Assembly (NCBI GenBank): GCA_963796535.1
Contig: CAWCMO010000022.1
Span: 147-64,146 of the forward strand
Origin: an uncultured Acidobacteriaceae bacterium
GTDB lineage: Bacteria > Acidobacteriota > Terriglobia > Terriglobales > Acidobacteriaceae
DNA: 64,000 nucleotides
Direction: 5' to 3'
Below, piece after piece: positions 20,977 to 31,154 of this stretch. Each line of letters starts with the position of its first letter. The stretch's first letter is position 1. Position numbers and translations under genes: made by a program. The notes under the pieces are model-generated. The model did not search any database, had not been told where the DNA came from, and saw nothing but the letters and a program-made list of their open reading frames with translations.

Positions 20977-22282
20977 CGAAGTTTCCGAAAACCCGACTTT
21001 CGAGGAGCTAGGCTGAAGGCTGGAAACACTTGGTATAATCCGGCTACGATGAAACGCGCTCTCATTGCAACAGCCATCGTTTTTATGTTCGTCATCAGCG
21101 TAGGCGGATTAGTGGTGTATCAGCGCGTGCGGCACTTTTTTGCTGACATACCGGCGATGCAGAAAGTTCCTGAACAATTGAAGGCCGCTAGCGTTCTCTA
21201 TGGCAGGACAGAGCTCGTAAAGGCGTCGTATCTCAAGACGAATGGGGTTGGCACCATCACTGAGATAGATGAACATGCGGACGGGACACTGACCCTGGTT
21301 GGCAAAAACGGAGCAACCGATTTCGGAGCCGATCTATCGCTCAAAGAGACAATTACCTTCGATTCCTGTAGCGACGAAGTTGTGTCCGCTCCAATCGGTA
21401 AGGGTAGATTCTTTTGCCGCTCTCACTCGCCGATGGGAGGACCATCGCTGATCGATGCCAAGGGCAATCGTCTTTGGACTTACTCCGACCGCAGTGATGG
21501 TTTTGGCATTAGCGCGGACGACGCCGCAGCAGGAGAGTTGGGCCGTGCTAATACGCCGGGAGTGGCCGTAGGCATGAATGGTGACGGCGGTGTCCGCCTG
21601 CTCACACCGGATGGGAAAGAGGTCTGGAGAAAGCCTGACGGGAATGTGTGGCATATCGAAATCATGCCGCGCAGCGATGATTCCGGGAGCGTGATCGTGC
21701 ATAGTAATGCTCCGGGCAAGCTCACGGTGCGAGATGAGTACGGCAATGTGATGGGACTATATGACGCGGAGATTTATCTAAGCGAGTTTTCACCTACTGC
21801 CTGGGGTCAGAGCGCCTTACGAGACAAGATTCTGGCAGCGACCAACCAGTCTATCTATGTGTTGTCGACGGACGGAAAAACGTTGGCCAAGCTTCCCGCA
21901 CCAGAAGTTTTGGACGACGCGGGACCAAAGGTTGCGGGGGTTCCTGTTCGTTTTACGAGTGGCGACCCTTATTATGCAGCGATCGTACGCCATCAGCAGT
22001 GGAAGCGTACGCAGCTTTATGTTTACGACGGTGCGAACAAGATGGTCTATGACGAAGTGCTCGACCAGGATTGTGCGGCGCTTGCCCCTCTTAGGAAGCA
22101 GGACGGAACGGAGCACTTGCTAATGGGGTGCGATGACTCGGTGATGGAGTATTCACTGTCGGGACAAGCAGGAAGACTTTCACGGGATTGATCCTTACTT
22201 TCGCCAAGCGCGACGCTCCTGTCCAGTTCGCAGCAGGTGATCGATGGAGAAGCTGTTCGCGAAAAACGGCGTCACCAAGTTC
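20977..22282 (+). mobile_element. Putative gene cassette 1 bounded by inverted dif-like sites S1/S2
   Basis: S1 (20977-21008) CGAA-GTTTCCGAAAA-CCCGAC-TTTCGAGGAGC; S2 (minus, 22255-22282) GAACTTGGTGA-CGCCGT-TTTTCGCGAAC, with a degenerate outer arm. Confidence 0.55.
21049..22191 (+). CDS. Hypothetical membrane-anchored protein, possibly beta-propeller-like
   Basis: 380-aa ORF; N-terminal TM; repeated DxxG.xxW motifs; TATAAT 9 nt upstream. Confidence 0.75.
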   Translation: MKRALIATAIVFMFVISVGGLVVYQRVRHFFADIPAMQKVPEQLKAASVLYGRTELVKASYLKTNGVGTITEIDEHADGTLTLVGKNGATDFGADLSLKETITFDSCSDEVVSAPIGKGRFFCRSHSPMGGPSLIDAKGNRLWTYSDRSDGFGISADDAAAGELGRANTPGVAVGMNGDGGVRLLTPDGKEVWRKPDGNVWHIEIMPRSDDSGSVIVHSNAPGKLTVRDEYGNVMGLYDAEIYLSEFSPTAWGQSALRDKILAATNQSIYVLSTDGKTLAKLPAPEVLDDAGPKVAGVPVRFTSGDPYYAAIVRHQQWKRTQLYVYDGANKMVYDEVLDQDCAALAPLRKQDGTEHLLMGCDDSVMEYSLSGQAGRLSRD

Positions 22283-22303
22283 ATTCAGGCGAAGGGATAT
22301 TGG

Positions 22304-22948
22304 CGAACTTAGACAAAACCCGACTTTTCGGGACCTGCTAGAACCAACTCTGGTTTGGCGGTGATTCAACAGCGACATTCTGGTATCCACTTCGTTAGCT
22401 TTGCGAGATAATCGAAGCTCGCTGGCGGAGTTCTGTGAGGCGTCCATGACGGATTTACTGTTCAAGTGCGGAAACGTTTTAGCCGCATACGTTTGGATCT
22501 GCTTCATTGGCCCATGGCTCGCCCGTCTCTGCGGCATCCCTGTCCCTACCGAATTCTGGAAGAAGGACTGGCAGAAGATGCATTTCAGCCGACTTCGATT
22601 CGTTTGGGCATTTGGAGTGCTGATTTTCGGCTTCGGTATGTTCCTGTTCAACTTGGACCACGATGTTATTAACAGGGTTCTTCTGGATAGACGTTGGAGT
22701 GCGAAGCTGTCTCATGTGGCATTTGCCCTAGCATTTCCCATTTTCATGACCAGCGTGATCGCGTTCTGGTGTGCGCCAACCCTATCTGATAAATCTCCCG
22801 TAACAGAGCTTGGGCTTTGCCGGCGACAATAGTCGTGGTTGACGGTCGGATCAGTCGCTAGGATTGCATCGCCTTAGTCGAGTAGTCGCCGTCCACTAGA
22901 CGCTGGGTCTACTGCCATGCGTGAAAAACGGGGTTTTGGGAAACTTCG
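22304..22948 (+). mobile_element. Putative gene cassette 2 bounded by inverted dif-like sites S3/S4
   Basis: S3 (22304-22335) CGAA-CTTAGACAAAA-CCCGAC-TTTTCGGGACC; S4 (minus, 22917-22948) CGAA-GTTTCCCAAAA-CCCCGT-TTTTCACGCAT. Confidence 0.55.
22446..22832 (+). CDS. Hypothetical three-TM membrane protein
   Basis: GAGG before the ATG; three hydrophobic, aromatic-rich segments. Confidence 0.6.
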   Translation: MTDLLFKCGNVLAAYVWICFIGPWLARLCGIPVPTEFWKKDWQKMHFSRLRFVWAFGVLIFGFGMFLFNLDHDVINRVLLDRRWSAKLSHVAFALAFPIFMTSVIAFWCAPTLSDKSPVTELGLCRRQ

Positions 22949-23073
22949 ACTTGGAGAAGGCGAGCAGACCGGATGGGTACCGGCAAACTCGCTTCTCTCT
23001 GCGTGACTCACCGTCTCATTCTCCGCCCGGGACGATACAGTGGGAAGGACGCTTCTCAACCAGCGTCCTACTC

Positions 23074-23382
23074 ATGACCGACGCCGACCTCCTCCACTTG
23101 CTACGCGACTGCTACACCCCCGCCGGCCCCAACATCGTCGCCGCCGGCCTCGTCCGTTCCGCCACCCTCACCCCCGACCTCGACGCACCGGGCGCCAACG
23201 TCCCCGGTGTCCCGCCGCGCTTCATCGCAGCCATCACCCTCCACGCCGTCGGCGCCGGCAACGCCACCGACGATCCTGCGAACGCCCAGCTCACGGCCCA
23301 GGTCGAAAATCGCCTGCTCGGCCTCCCCTCCATCTCCCGCGTCCAGATCAACCTCCTGCCCGCACTGTTTCCCATCCTCTAA
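23074..23382 (+). CDS. DUF59/Fe-S assembly-like small protein
   Basis: LLRDCY...NIVAAGLV...QVENRLLGLPSISRVQI pattern; codon style matches the host. Confidence 0.6.
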   Translation: MTDADLLHLLRDCYTPAGPNIVAAGLVRSATLTPDLDAPGANVPGVPPRFIAAITLHAVGAGNATDDPANAQLTAQVENRLLGLPSISRVQINLLPALFPIL

Positions 23383-23478
23383 AATCCGCGTTACCCGAAA
23401 CCAGGCTAAGCCCATCGCTGCGTCACCCGAAACAGGGCTAAGTCGTCACCAAACGCACCCGATTTCCCCGAATATTCC

Positions 23479-24204
23479 ATGCCGAGACCCAAGCCCGAAC
23501 CCGCCATCCATCCCTTCGACCAGCTCCACGGCACCGACACCTCCGGCCTCATCCCCGGCCACATCATCGCCGAAGGAACCGACGCACGGGTCTCCGAACT
23601 CACCGCCTACTACGGCGTCGCGCCCTCTATCCTCCATGGTTTGTTAGACATCTGGATCCAGCGCACGAGTCCCCAACCCATCGAGCGCACCGTCTTCCTC
23701 GACATCGGCGCCGGCAAAGGCCGCGCCATGCTCCTCGCCTCCCAGTTCCCCTTCCTCCGCGTCGAAGGGGTCGAGCTCAACGCCGACCTCGCGCGTATCG
23801 CCAACGCCAATATCTCCCTCTGGCACAACGACTTGCAAGCCAACGCCCTCTCCCCCCTGAGCCTTCATCACGCCGACGCGACCACCCATCCCCTTCCCCC
23901 CGAGCCCACCCTGGCCTTCCTCTTCCATCCCTTCGAACTCCCCATCCTGCGCCGCTTCCTCCGCCACGTAGAGCAGTCTATCTCCAACAATCCAAGGCCC
24001 TTCGATCTCCTCTACGTCAACGCCGAACACGACTCCTACCTCGACCACCACCCCGCCTTCACCCGCCTCTGGACCGGCCTCGTCCCCATGTCCCCCGCCG
24101 ACCACGCTGCCGACATGGCCGCCATCGCCCAGCAAAAAGAATACGGATCCACCGGCGACGAACTCTGCGCCATCTACCGCTATAAGGGCCGCAAATCGCT
24201 ATAA
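23479..24204 (+). CDS. Class I SAM-dependent methyltransferase
   Basis: FLDIGAGKGR, VEGVEL, DA and FLFHPF motifs. Confidence 0.88.
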   Translation: MPRPKPEPAIHPFDQLHGTDTSGLIPGHIIAEGTDARVSELTAYYGVAPSILHGLLDIWIQRTSPQPIERTVFLDIGAGKGRAMLLASQFPFLRVEGVELNADLARIANANISLWHNDLQANALSPLSLHHADATTHPLPPEPTLAFLFHPFELPILRRFLRHVEQSISNNPRPFDLLYVNAEHDSYLDHHPAFTRLWTGLVPMSPADHAADMAAIAQQKEYGSTGDELCAIYRYKGRKSL

Positions 24205-24248
24205 ATTGCAGCGGTAAATCAAATAAATTCGATTCACTGCCCTTTCAC

Positions 24249-24409
24249 GGAACCAACCCGCCGCAACCCCCGTATTACAAACCAGACCTGATTCGCCCCG
24301 TTTTTCCCAATAAACTAGGGGTTGCGTGCGAATAGCGGCCAAGAAGAGCGATAACCAGAGGACAAAAAGTTTGAGTCTAATGGAACCATTCGCACCTCTT
24401 ATACGTAAC
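24249..24409 (+). promoter_or_regulatory. Two tandem ECF-type promoter motifs
   Basis: GGAACC-N16-CGTATT (24249-24276) and GGAACC-N16-CGTAAC (24382-24409). Confidence 0.55.
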
Positions 24410-24639
24410 AGGTTGTGTGCACAACACCCGGGAACGCTCCTCAAACTGAGCGACCGACCCGTGAATGATCGATCCTGGTGAGCTCCTGGGACCGCACAAG
24501 CCTTAAACTTTCCCGCGACCGCGACGGCTGAGTCAAGATCTCATCACCGGCGGCACGGACCACATCACTGATACCAAACGCTTTAGTAGAGCGCCGCAAT
24601 CCCGGCCTGCCCGGTCGCGCGCGCCAAAGGAGAAACACT

Positions 24640-24744
24640 ATGTACCTCGCACTCGTAGCACTCGCTTCCGCTTCCACCATCTTCGTTCCCAGCTTCATCG
24701 CCATCCGCGACCGTACGAACGCTGACTGGCACGGCCGCTCCTAA
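24640..24744 (+). CDS. 34-aa small hydrophobic protein (absent from the ORF track)
   Basis: AAAGGAGA RBS; MYLALVALASASTIFVPSFIAIRDRTNADWHGRS*; followed by a terminator. Confidence 0.7.
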   Translation: MYLALVALASASTIFVPSFIAIRDRTNADWHGRS

Positions 24745-24767
24745 TTGAGCTAGCCCAAACCCAACGA

Positions 24768-24800
24768 GCAAAAGGCCGCGATCAATTCGCGGCCTTTTGC
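24768..24800. terminator. Bidirectional intrinsic terminator
   Basis: GCAAAAGGCCGCGA-TCAAT-TCGCGGCCTTTTGC. Confidence 0.88.
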
Positions 24801-24815
24801 TTTCCTCTCAGGGCC

Positions 24816-25259
24816 TTACCACCGCAGCATCAGCAGTCGCTCATTTTCAGCCTCGCCCTGCCCAATCGCAATCTCTGCGTCCGCCCGCTCCATGACGCTT
24901 GCAAACCGGTCGCCCCACTCCACCATTATCAGCGCATCCGGAGCCTCGGCCATCTCCCACAACCCGATCCCTTCGATCTCCCGTTCCTCCTCCAACCGAT
25001 ACAGATCCAGGTGAATCAGACGCGTCTTGCGCCCTTTGTACTCGTGCACCAGCGTAAAGGTCGGACTCGTCACCTCCGTGGGATCAGCGCCCAGCGCAGC
25101 GGCCATCCCGCGCACCAGGGTCGTCTTTCCCATCCCCAGATCGCCGCGTAAGACCACCAGCTTGGGCGCGGGCAGCAACTCCGTCAGCAACTCGCCGAGT
25201 GCCAGCGTTCCATTCTCACTGCGCGTGCGCAACCGCTTCTCCCGCGTCCACTCCTTCAT
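24816..25259 (-). CDS. tsaE: tRNA t6A biosynthesis ATPase
   Basis: GDLGMGKTT, VTSPTFTLVHEY, HLDLYRL and VEW motifs; ATGA overlap with nnr. Confidence 0.95.
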   Translation of the reverse strand: MKEWTREKRLRTRSENGTLALGELLTELLPAPKLVVLRGDLGMGKTTLVRGMAAALGADPTEVTSPTFTLVHEYKGRKTRLIHLDLYRLEEEREIEGIGLWEMAEAPDALIMVEWGDRFASVMERADAEIAIGQGEAENERLLMLRW

Positions 25260-26914
25260 CCCACCACCCCATTCCCCGCCGTCCCCGCAATCCAAGTCAA
25301 CCCATCCGCGTCCTGTACCCGGGCGCGAAACGCCTGCCACAGATGTCCCACGGTATCTGTTGCCAGCACCGTATGTTCATCCTGCGCCCGGCATGCGGAG
25401 TCTCCAGCCAGGCCATGCAGAAACACCGCAGCCTCCACCGCAGCCGCGACGTTATCAGGGTATTGCGCGAGCATGGCGCACACGATCCCTGTCAGAATAT
25501 CTCCACTACCGCCTTTGGCCATCGACGGATTCCCCGTCGTATTCACCGCAATCCGTCCATCCGGATGCGCCACCAGCGACCGCCAACCCTTTAGCACCAG
25601 CGTCACGCCATGCTCGGTCGCAAATCGCCGCGCCAGCCCCACGCGATCCGCTTCAACCTCCTTCACACTCATATCCACCAGTCGCGCCATCTCTCCGGGA
25701 TGCGGTGTCAGCACAATCGTCCGCCCCTTCTTCGTAACGTCCTTCAGCAGCGACGTCCTCCCTGCGAGCGCATTCAGCGCATCTGCATCGATGACCATCG
25801 GAAGCGTAACCCGTCCCACAAACGTCCGCACCCACTGCGGCGTTGTTCCCTCCTGCCCCAGCCCCGGCCCAACCCCCACCACCGTCATGCCCTTCAGCAG
25901 GGCCTTCAGCTCTTCGGTCTCCAACTGGTCGAGCGCCAATCCACCCACCTCAAACCCCGAGCCGTGGACCCTGGCATCGGAACTCTGCTCCTCCAGTGGC
26001 GTCAGCATCAACTCGGGCGCAACCGCTGCCACCAGCGGCAGAATCTCTCGCGGCACTGCGGCCGTCACCAAGCCGGCACCCGTGCGCAGCGCAGCCAGGC
26101 TAGCCATGGAGGGCGCGCCCGCCTTGCCATACGATCCGCCCACAAGCAGCACGTGTCCCAGCCGGCCCTTGTTTCCGTTGATCGCCCGTGGCGCCTCCGC
26201 AATCGACTTCGCGCTCCCGCCCCACGTCAGCCGGGTCGCCGACTCAATCGCCGAAGCCGGCGTCCCAATTCCCGCGACCACTACTGGCCCAAACGTCTCC
26301 TCCGTCAAGTGTCCAAATACATGCGCAAGTTTAGGAGCTGTAAACGTCACCACGGCATCCGCGCGAAAGGCCCCCTCGGCCTTCTCTTCCATCGAATCCG
26401 CATCCCACCCACTCGGCAGATCCACAGCCACCACCGGCACTCCGCTCTCCGCCAACAATCCCTGCGCCACCGCCGCAAGCCCGCGCAACGGCGGCTTGAA
26501 CCCCGTCCCCACCACTGCATCGATCACCAGCGCGGCACTCTGCAGAGCCGCCCGCAACCCCGCCTCATCCTCAATCTCGAGCACTTCAACGCCGCTTGGT
26601 TCGCCGCCCGCTCTGTCCAGCTTCGCCCGATAAAACGCGCGCTCTGCTTCACCCTTTAGATCACTCGCCTTTCCCAGCAGCGCCACCCGCACTGGCCGCC
26701 CAGCCTCCGCCAGTCGCCGCGCCGCGACCATCCCATCACCGCCATTATTTCCCTTGCCGGCGAGCACCACCACCAGCCCGTCGCTGTCGAATCGTCTCAG
26801 GCAAAACCGCGCCACGGCGTCGCCCGCATGCTGCATCAGTGTCTCCACCGACACGCCCGCCTCAACCGACCGCCGGTCCGCCCCACCCATCTCTTCCGCT
26901 GTAAGAATCTTCAT
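25256..26914 (-). CDS. nnr: Bifunctional NAD(P)H-hydrate epimerase/dehydratase (YjeF)
   Basis: GKGNNGGDG, VDLPSG, GPGLG, IDADAL, TPHPGE and GGSGDILTG motifs. Confidence 0.95.
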   Translation of the reverse strand: MKILTAEEMGGADRRSVEAGVSVETLMQHAGDAVARFCLRRFDSDGLVVVLAGKGNNGGDGMVAARRLAEAGRPVRVALLGKASDLKGEAERAFYRAKLDRAGGEPSGVEVLEIEDEAGLRAALQSAALVIDAVVGTGFKPPLRGLAAVAQGLLAESGVPVVAVDLPSGWDADSMEEKAEGAFRADAVVTFTAPKLAHVFGHLTEETFGPVVVAGIGTPASAIESATRLTWGGSAKSIAEAPRAINGNKGRLGHVLLVGGSYGKAGAPSMASLAALRTGAGLVTAAVPREILPLVAAVAPELMLTPLEEQSSDARVHGSGFEVGGLALDQLETEELKALLKGMTVVGVGPGLGQEGTTPQWVRTFVGRVTLPMVIDADALNALAGRTSLLKDVTKKGRTIVLTPHPGEMARLVDMSVKEVEADRVGLARRFATEHGVTLVLKGWRSLVAHPDGRIAVNTTGNPSMAKGGSGDILTGIVCAMLAQYPDNVAAAVEAAVFLHGLAGDSACRAQDEHTVLATDTVGHLWQAFRARVQDADGLTWIAGTAGNGVVG

Positions 26915-26969
26915 CGTGCGTCACTGCCTCATCCATTAGGATGCAACAGGTCCGGCAGTATGCGCACCC

Positions 26970-28244
26970 CTACTGCTGCGCCGCGCCGCCGGTCCCTACC
27001 AGGGCAGCCGTCTCCGGCTTGGACTGCAGGAAGTAGTTCCGGTCAAACATCGCGCGATAGAACTGGCCCGTCAACTCGGCTGCCTTCGGCCCGAAGGTAT
27101 CTCTGCCGCCTTCGAGGAAGATCACCGTCACGATACGTCCCGTCGGCGCATCGCCATAGCTCACAAACCATCCAAACCGCGTCCCGTTATCGGAGCAGGT
27201 ACCAGTCTTCCCGAACACCGGGAAGGACTCAAAGTTCGTCCGCAGCGAACGCGCCGTCCCATCGCGGAAGTCGACCGCGCCCTCCATGCCAGGCAGAATC
27301 TGCGGAATCACATCCTTGATATCCAGCAGCCGCTTCACCTGGGGCTGAAAGTTCGTAACCTCAGCCTGCGTCGTCGGATGCTGCAGGTAATACAGTGTGC
27401 CGCCATTCGCAATCGCGCTCACCAGCGCGCCCAGTTGAAGCGGCGTCATGCTGATGCTCTCGCCAAACGAGCACATCCGTCCCACCCCACCACTCGCCGC
27501 CGGCAGCACCGTATCGGGATACACGCCGAGGTGCTCGCCGGGAATGTTATACCCCGCCAGCTCACCCAGGCCAAACTCATTCGCATAGTGCTTTACTCGT
27601 TCAAACCCCATCGAGCGCCCCAGCACTTCGAAGTACAGATTGATCGACCGTGCCAGCGCATGCGTCAAATCCACCGAATAATGTCCGCCCAGGTTCACCG
27701 GCGTATCGGCCTTCACCAAACCTTCCTTTAGCGCCGACAACGCCACTGCCACCTTGATCGTCGAGCAGGGCTCCGCACCCGCGCTCAGCGCGAGCTTCTG
27801 GTTCACCATCGCCAGGATGCGCCCGTCGGAAGGATCAATGGCCAGCACCGTTCCGTTCATATTGCCAAGGGCCTCAATCGCCGCGGCGCGCACCACTGGA
27901 TCTTCCCCCGCCGTCACATCATTCATCGTCAGCAGATTCTGATCGGTAAAGCTGCTCGCCGTAAACCGCTCCCCGTAATACCGAACCCGTGCCCGCTTGC
28001 CCCTCACATACACCATCGTGGCGTGTCCGTGCGCCGACACACGACCCGCAACATGCGCAACCTCCGCATGCCCATACGCCGCCCCAGCCCGCGCCCGCGC
28101 AGCGCTGTGCGCCACCAGCCGATGCGACGTGCTCGCCGCCACCATCTTGTGCCTATGTCGAGCCGGCGTTATCGTCGCATGCGCGCTCAGCACGCCCGCA
28201 AGCATGACCAACCCCATCACCAGCCCTGAAATCCTTCGTCCCAT
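26970..28244 (-). CDS. Secreted penicillin-binding transpeptidase-domain protein
   Basis: SxxK (STIK), SxN (SIN) and KTG (KTGT); signal peptide plus a His/Ala/Arg-rich N-region. Confidence 0.85.
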   Translation of the reverse strand: MGRRISGLVMGLVMLAGVLSAHATITPARHRHKMVAASTSHRLVAHSAARARAGAAYGHAEVAHVAGRVSAHGHATMVYVRGKRARVRYYGERFTASSFTDQNLLTMNDVTAGEDPVVRAAAIEALGNMNGTVLAIDPSDGRILAMVNQKLALSAGAEPCSTIKVAVALSALKEGLVKADTPVNLGGHYSVDLTHALARSINLYFEVLGRSMGFERVKHYANEFGLGELAGYNIPGEHLGVYPDTVLPAASGGVGRMCSFGESISMTPLQLGALVSAIANGGTLYYLQHPTTQAEVTNFQPQVKRLLDIKDVIPQILPGMEGAVDFRDGTARSLRTNFESFPVFGKTGTCSDNGTRFGWFVSYGDAPTGRIVTVIFLEGGRDTFGPKAAELTGQFYRAMFDRNYFLQSKPETAALVGTGGAAQQ

Positions 28245-28409
28245 CTTCTCTCTTCTCTACCGAAATTCGACCATCTACTAACGTTCATGCCTTGCGGCCG
28301 TTCCGTTCGTGATCAAAAACACGCTGAACGAAACTACCGCAATCTTCTAATACATCTCATCGGCCACGCTGCCCGAAACTCCAGCGTCATCATCCTCAAG
28401 GCCAATCGT

Positions 28410-30224
28410 CTACTGCTTGCGCCGCAAAAACGCTGGAATATCCAGCTCATCGTTCTCCGCGGCCGGTTCCCCTGCATATCCTGCGAACGACGGAACCCTG
28501 GCATCCGGCCACGCGTTGTTTGCGGTATTCTCGGCCGCCTTTGCCTCGGCGACATCTTCCTTCGGCTTCCGGAAAAACTCATCGTCGAACACCGACGCCT
28601 TCGCCGGCGCAGTCTCCGCAGGAGATCCCGTCTCCGCTGGTGCCTGCTCGGTCACCTGCGGAATGTGCTCCACAACCATGGCAACCGGAGCAGTCGCCGA
28701 CTCGGAAATCACCGCAGCCTTCGCCTTCTCGACCGCCTCTGCCGGAGCCGCCACGGAAGGTTCAACAGACTCCACCGGATGCTGCGGGTACTCGACCCGC
28801 GGCAGCTCATGCCATGCCTGCCGCCGCGCCGTCTCGTAGTACGACGACACAGGATACGTCGGCCGTTGCGCTGGTGCCTCAACGGCCGCTTCGGCAGCTG
28901 CCGGCGCCGCCGCTACGGGTACTGCAACTGGCGGTGTCGCGACGGTGGACGCCTTCGGCTCGGCAACCGCCGCGCTACCCAGCGCCTCCTCTACCTCAGT
29001 CTCGCTCGCAAATCGAACGGCCGGTTTCTGCGCCTGTGATCCGAAAACCAAGGGCTGCGTCTCCTCGGCTGCCTTCGGCTTTTCAACCGGCGTAGACACC
29101 GGTACCAGTGGCCGCGAGACAACTCTCGGCGGCACAATCTCGTGATGCGCTGTCGGCAGCGCCGAAGCCGCCATCATGCGCTCCCGCCGCGCCGGCATCT
29201 CCTCGCGGAAACCCGTTGCGATCACCGTAAACTTCACGCTGTCGCCCAGATCCTCATCCAGCACGGCGCCAAAGATAATGTTCGCGTCCTCGTGCGCTGC
29301 CTCCTGGATAATCGACGACGCCTCGATGACCTCGCTCAGCTTCAGGCTGCTCGATCCCGTGATGTTGATCAGGATCCCGCGCGCTCCATCGATCGCTCCT
29401 GCCTCCAGCAGCGGCGAAGCAATCGCAGCCTTTGCCGCTTCCGTCGACCGGTCTGGCCCCGACCGAACCGCCGTTCCCATCACCGAATAGCCCATCCCGG
29501 CCATCGTCGTCTTCACGTCCGCGAAGTCGCGATTGATCACGCCGGGAATCGTGATGATGTCCGAAATTCCCTGCACACCCTGGCGCAAAATATCATCGGC
29601 GATCCGGAAGCTCTCAAAGAAGCCCGCATCCTTCGCGGTCGTGAGCAGCTTGTCGTTCGGAATCACGATCAGCGTGTCGACCGACTCCAGCAGCTCCTGC
29701 AGACCGCGTTCCGCCTGCATTGCCCTTCGTTTGCCTTCGAACCCAAACGGCCGCGTCACGACAGCAATTGTCAGCGCGCCCATCTCGCTCGCCAGCGACG
29801 CGATCACCGGCGCCGCGCCTGTGCCCGTTCCGCCGCCCAGGCCGGCCGTCACAAATACCAGGTCCGCGCCCTCGAGCGCTTCAATAATCTTGTCCGAATC
29901 TTCCAGCGCCGCCCGCCGCCCCACGTCCGGATTCGCTCCCGCGCCCAAACCGCTGGTCAGCTTCACGCCCAGCTGAAGCTTTACCGGCGCATGCGACCCT
30001 TCCAGCGCCTGCACGTCCGTGTTGGCGGAAATAAACTCAACGCCCTGAACATTCGCCTCGATCATGCGGTTGATGGCGTTGTTGCCGCCACCGCCCACAC
30101 CAATCACCTTGATCCGCGCGTTCCGCCGCGTCTCGTCGTGAAATTGAATCCGCAGCGAATCCGGCTGCTTGTCGTCGAGCGAGTCCTGCGGAACGCCGGG
30201 TGTGTCTTCAGGCGGCATGGGCAT
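28410..30224 (-). CDS. ftsZ: Cell division protein FtsZ with a long linker
   Basis: [18 protein letters not shown] and DFADV motifs; C-terminal LDIPAFLR. Confidence 0.98.
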   Translation of the reverse strand: MPMPPEDTPGVPQDSLDDKQPDSLRIQFHDETRRNARIKVIGVGGGGNNAINRMIEANVQGVEFISANTDVQALEGSHAPVKLQLGVKLTSGLGAGANPDVGRRAALEDSDKIIEALEGADLVFVTAGLGGGTGTGAAPVIASLASEMGALTIAVVTRPFGFEGKRRAMQAERGLQELLESVDTLIVIPNDKLLTTAKDAGFFESFRIADDILRQGVQGISDIITIPGVINRDFADVKTTMAGMGYSVMGTAVRSGPDRSTEAAKAAIASPLLEAGAIDGARGILINITGSSSLKLSEVIEASSIIQEAAHEDANIIFGAVLDEDLGDSVKFTVIATGFREEMPARRERMMAASALPTAHHEIVPPRVVSRPLVPVSTPVEKPKAAEETQPLVFGSQAQKPAVRFASETEVEEALGSAAVAEPKASTVATPPVAVPVAAAPAAAEAAVEAPAQRPTYPVSSYYETARRQAWHELPRVEYPQHPVESVEPSVAAPAEAVEKAKAAVISESATAPVAMVVEHIPQVTEQAPAETGSPAETAPAKASVFDDEFFRKPKEDVAEAKAAENTANNAWPDARVPSFAGYAGEPAAENDELDIPAFLRRKQ

Positions 30225-30377
30225 CAGCGTATCTCCTTCGGCGTTGGCGATTCACTTCTCTTCATTCTGCACGGCGAACGCCTCAAGTGCATTCACGAAA
30301 TCCGTCGTGGACCTAAGTCGGTTACCGGTGCATTCCGTTCCTGCACCGGTCTCCTCATCCAAACCTGTCGCACAAAC

Positions 30378-31043
30378 CTACCTGGAAGACGGCAAATGAA
30401 ACACAACCGAAGCACCAATCGACAGCAAACCCACCGAACTCGGCCCATCCACGACCGCACCGCTGTTGCCAACCCGGTTCATGTTCCCGATCCCCAGCTC
30501 TACCGGCCGTAGGTCAATGATCGAGAAGATCGGGATGGACAACCCGGCAAACCCTTCATACATGATGTAGCTGTCTTCCACGCGCGGCTGCAGCGGCGGC
30601 TCCTGGCTCGTCCCGAACGGCAGCGTCGCATTGCTGCGCCCATACCCAGCCGATACCTGCACATACGGTTTCAGCCACGAAATCGGCGTGTGAAATGTCC
30701 CCCGCACCCCCAGCAGCGCGTTGTCCAATACCGTCGTGTCGCTACCACCGGCCGAGCTCGTCGCCGACTTGTTCGAGTGCATCACGCCACCCCGGAAATC
30801 CACTCCCAGCCGCATCGGCCCAACGTTGCGAAAGTCGTAATACGCACCCGCCTGCCAGCCTGCCGGGTTCACCTTGCCGCCTGTGCTCGAGCACTGCAGT
30901 GGGGCCGGCTCAAAGCATGTAATGCCACGCAACTGCGTCGCCTGATACCCGATATACACACCTGCCTGGGCATGTGCCGCTGCGGCACCCCCAAATCCGA
31001 AAAGTACGATCAAAACTGCATACAGCCCTTTGCAAAATCTCAT
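30378..31043 (-). CDS. Outer-membrane beta-barrel protein
   Basis: Signal peptide AHA-Q; KPYVQVSAGYG; alternating strands ending ASVVFHL. Confidence 0.75.
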   Translation of the reverse strand: MRFCKGLYAVLIVLFGFGGAAAAHAQAGVYIGYQATQLRGITCFEPAPLQCSSTGGKVNPAGWQAGAYYDFRNVGPMRLGVDFRGGVMHSNKSATSSAGGSDTTVLDNALLGVRGTFHTPISWLKPYVQVSAGYGRSNATLPFGTSQEPPLQPRVEDSYIMYEGFAGLSIPIFSIIDLRPVELGIGNMNRVGNSGAVVDGPSSVGLLSIGASVVFHLPSSR

Positions 31044-31154
31044 ATACACCCAGTCTATCGTCATCCAGCGCCTTCTGGCCGCACCTCCCCAGCCTTAACC
31101 GCCGTTTTCCTCGCCCTTAGCCCCGAAGTCTCCGGCGTCCGCTCTTGCCGTTGC

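Noticed and set aside
24455-24570. 6S RNA call from short resemblances (GGTGAGC, AAGCCTTAAA, GGCGGCA)
   Set aside because: I could not build a ~180-nt rod with a central bubble. It needs cmscan, so it is kept only as a structured leader.
25940-26000. Possible repeat-derived insertion in nnr (SSDARVHGSGFEVGG)
   Set aside because: Periodicity is too weak to support without an orthologue alignment.
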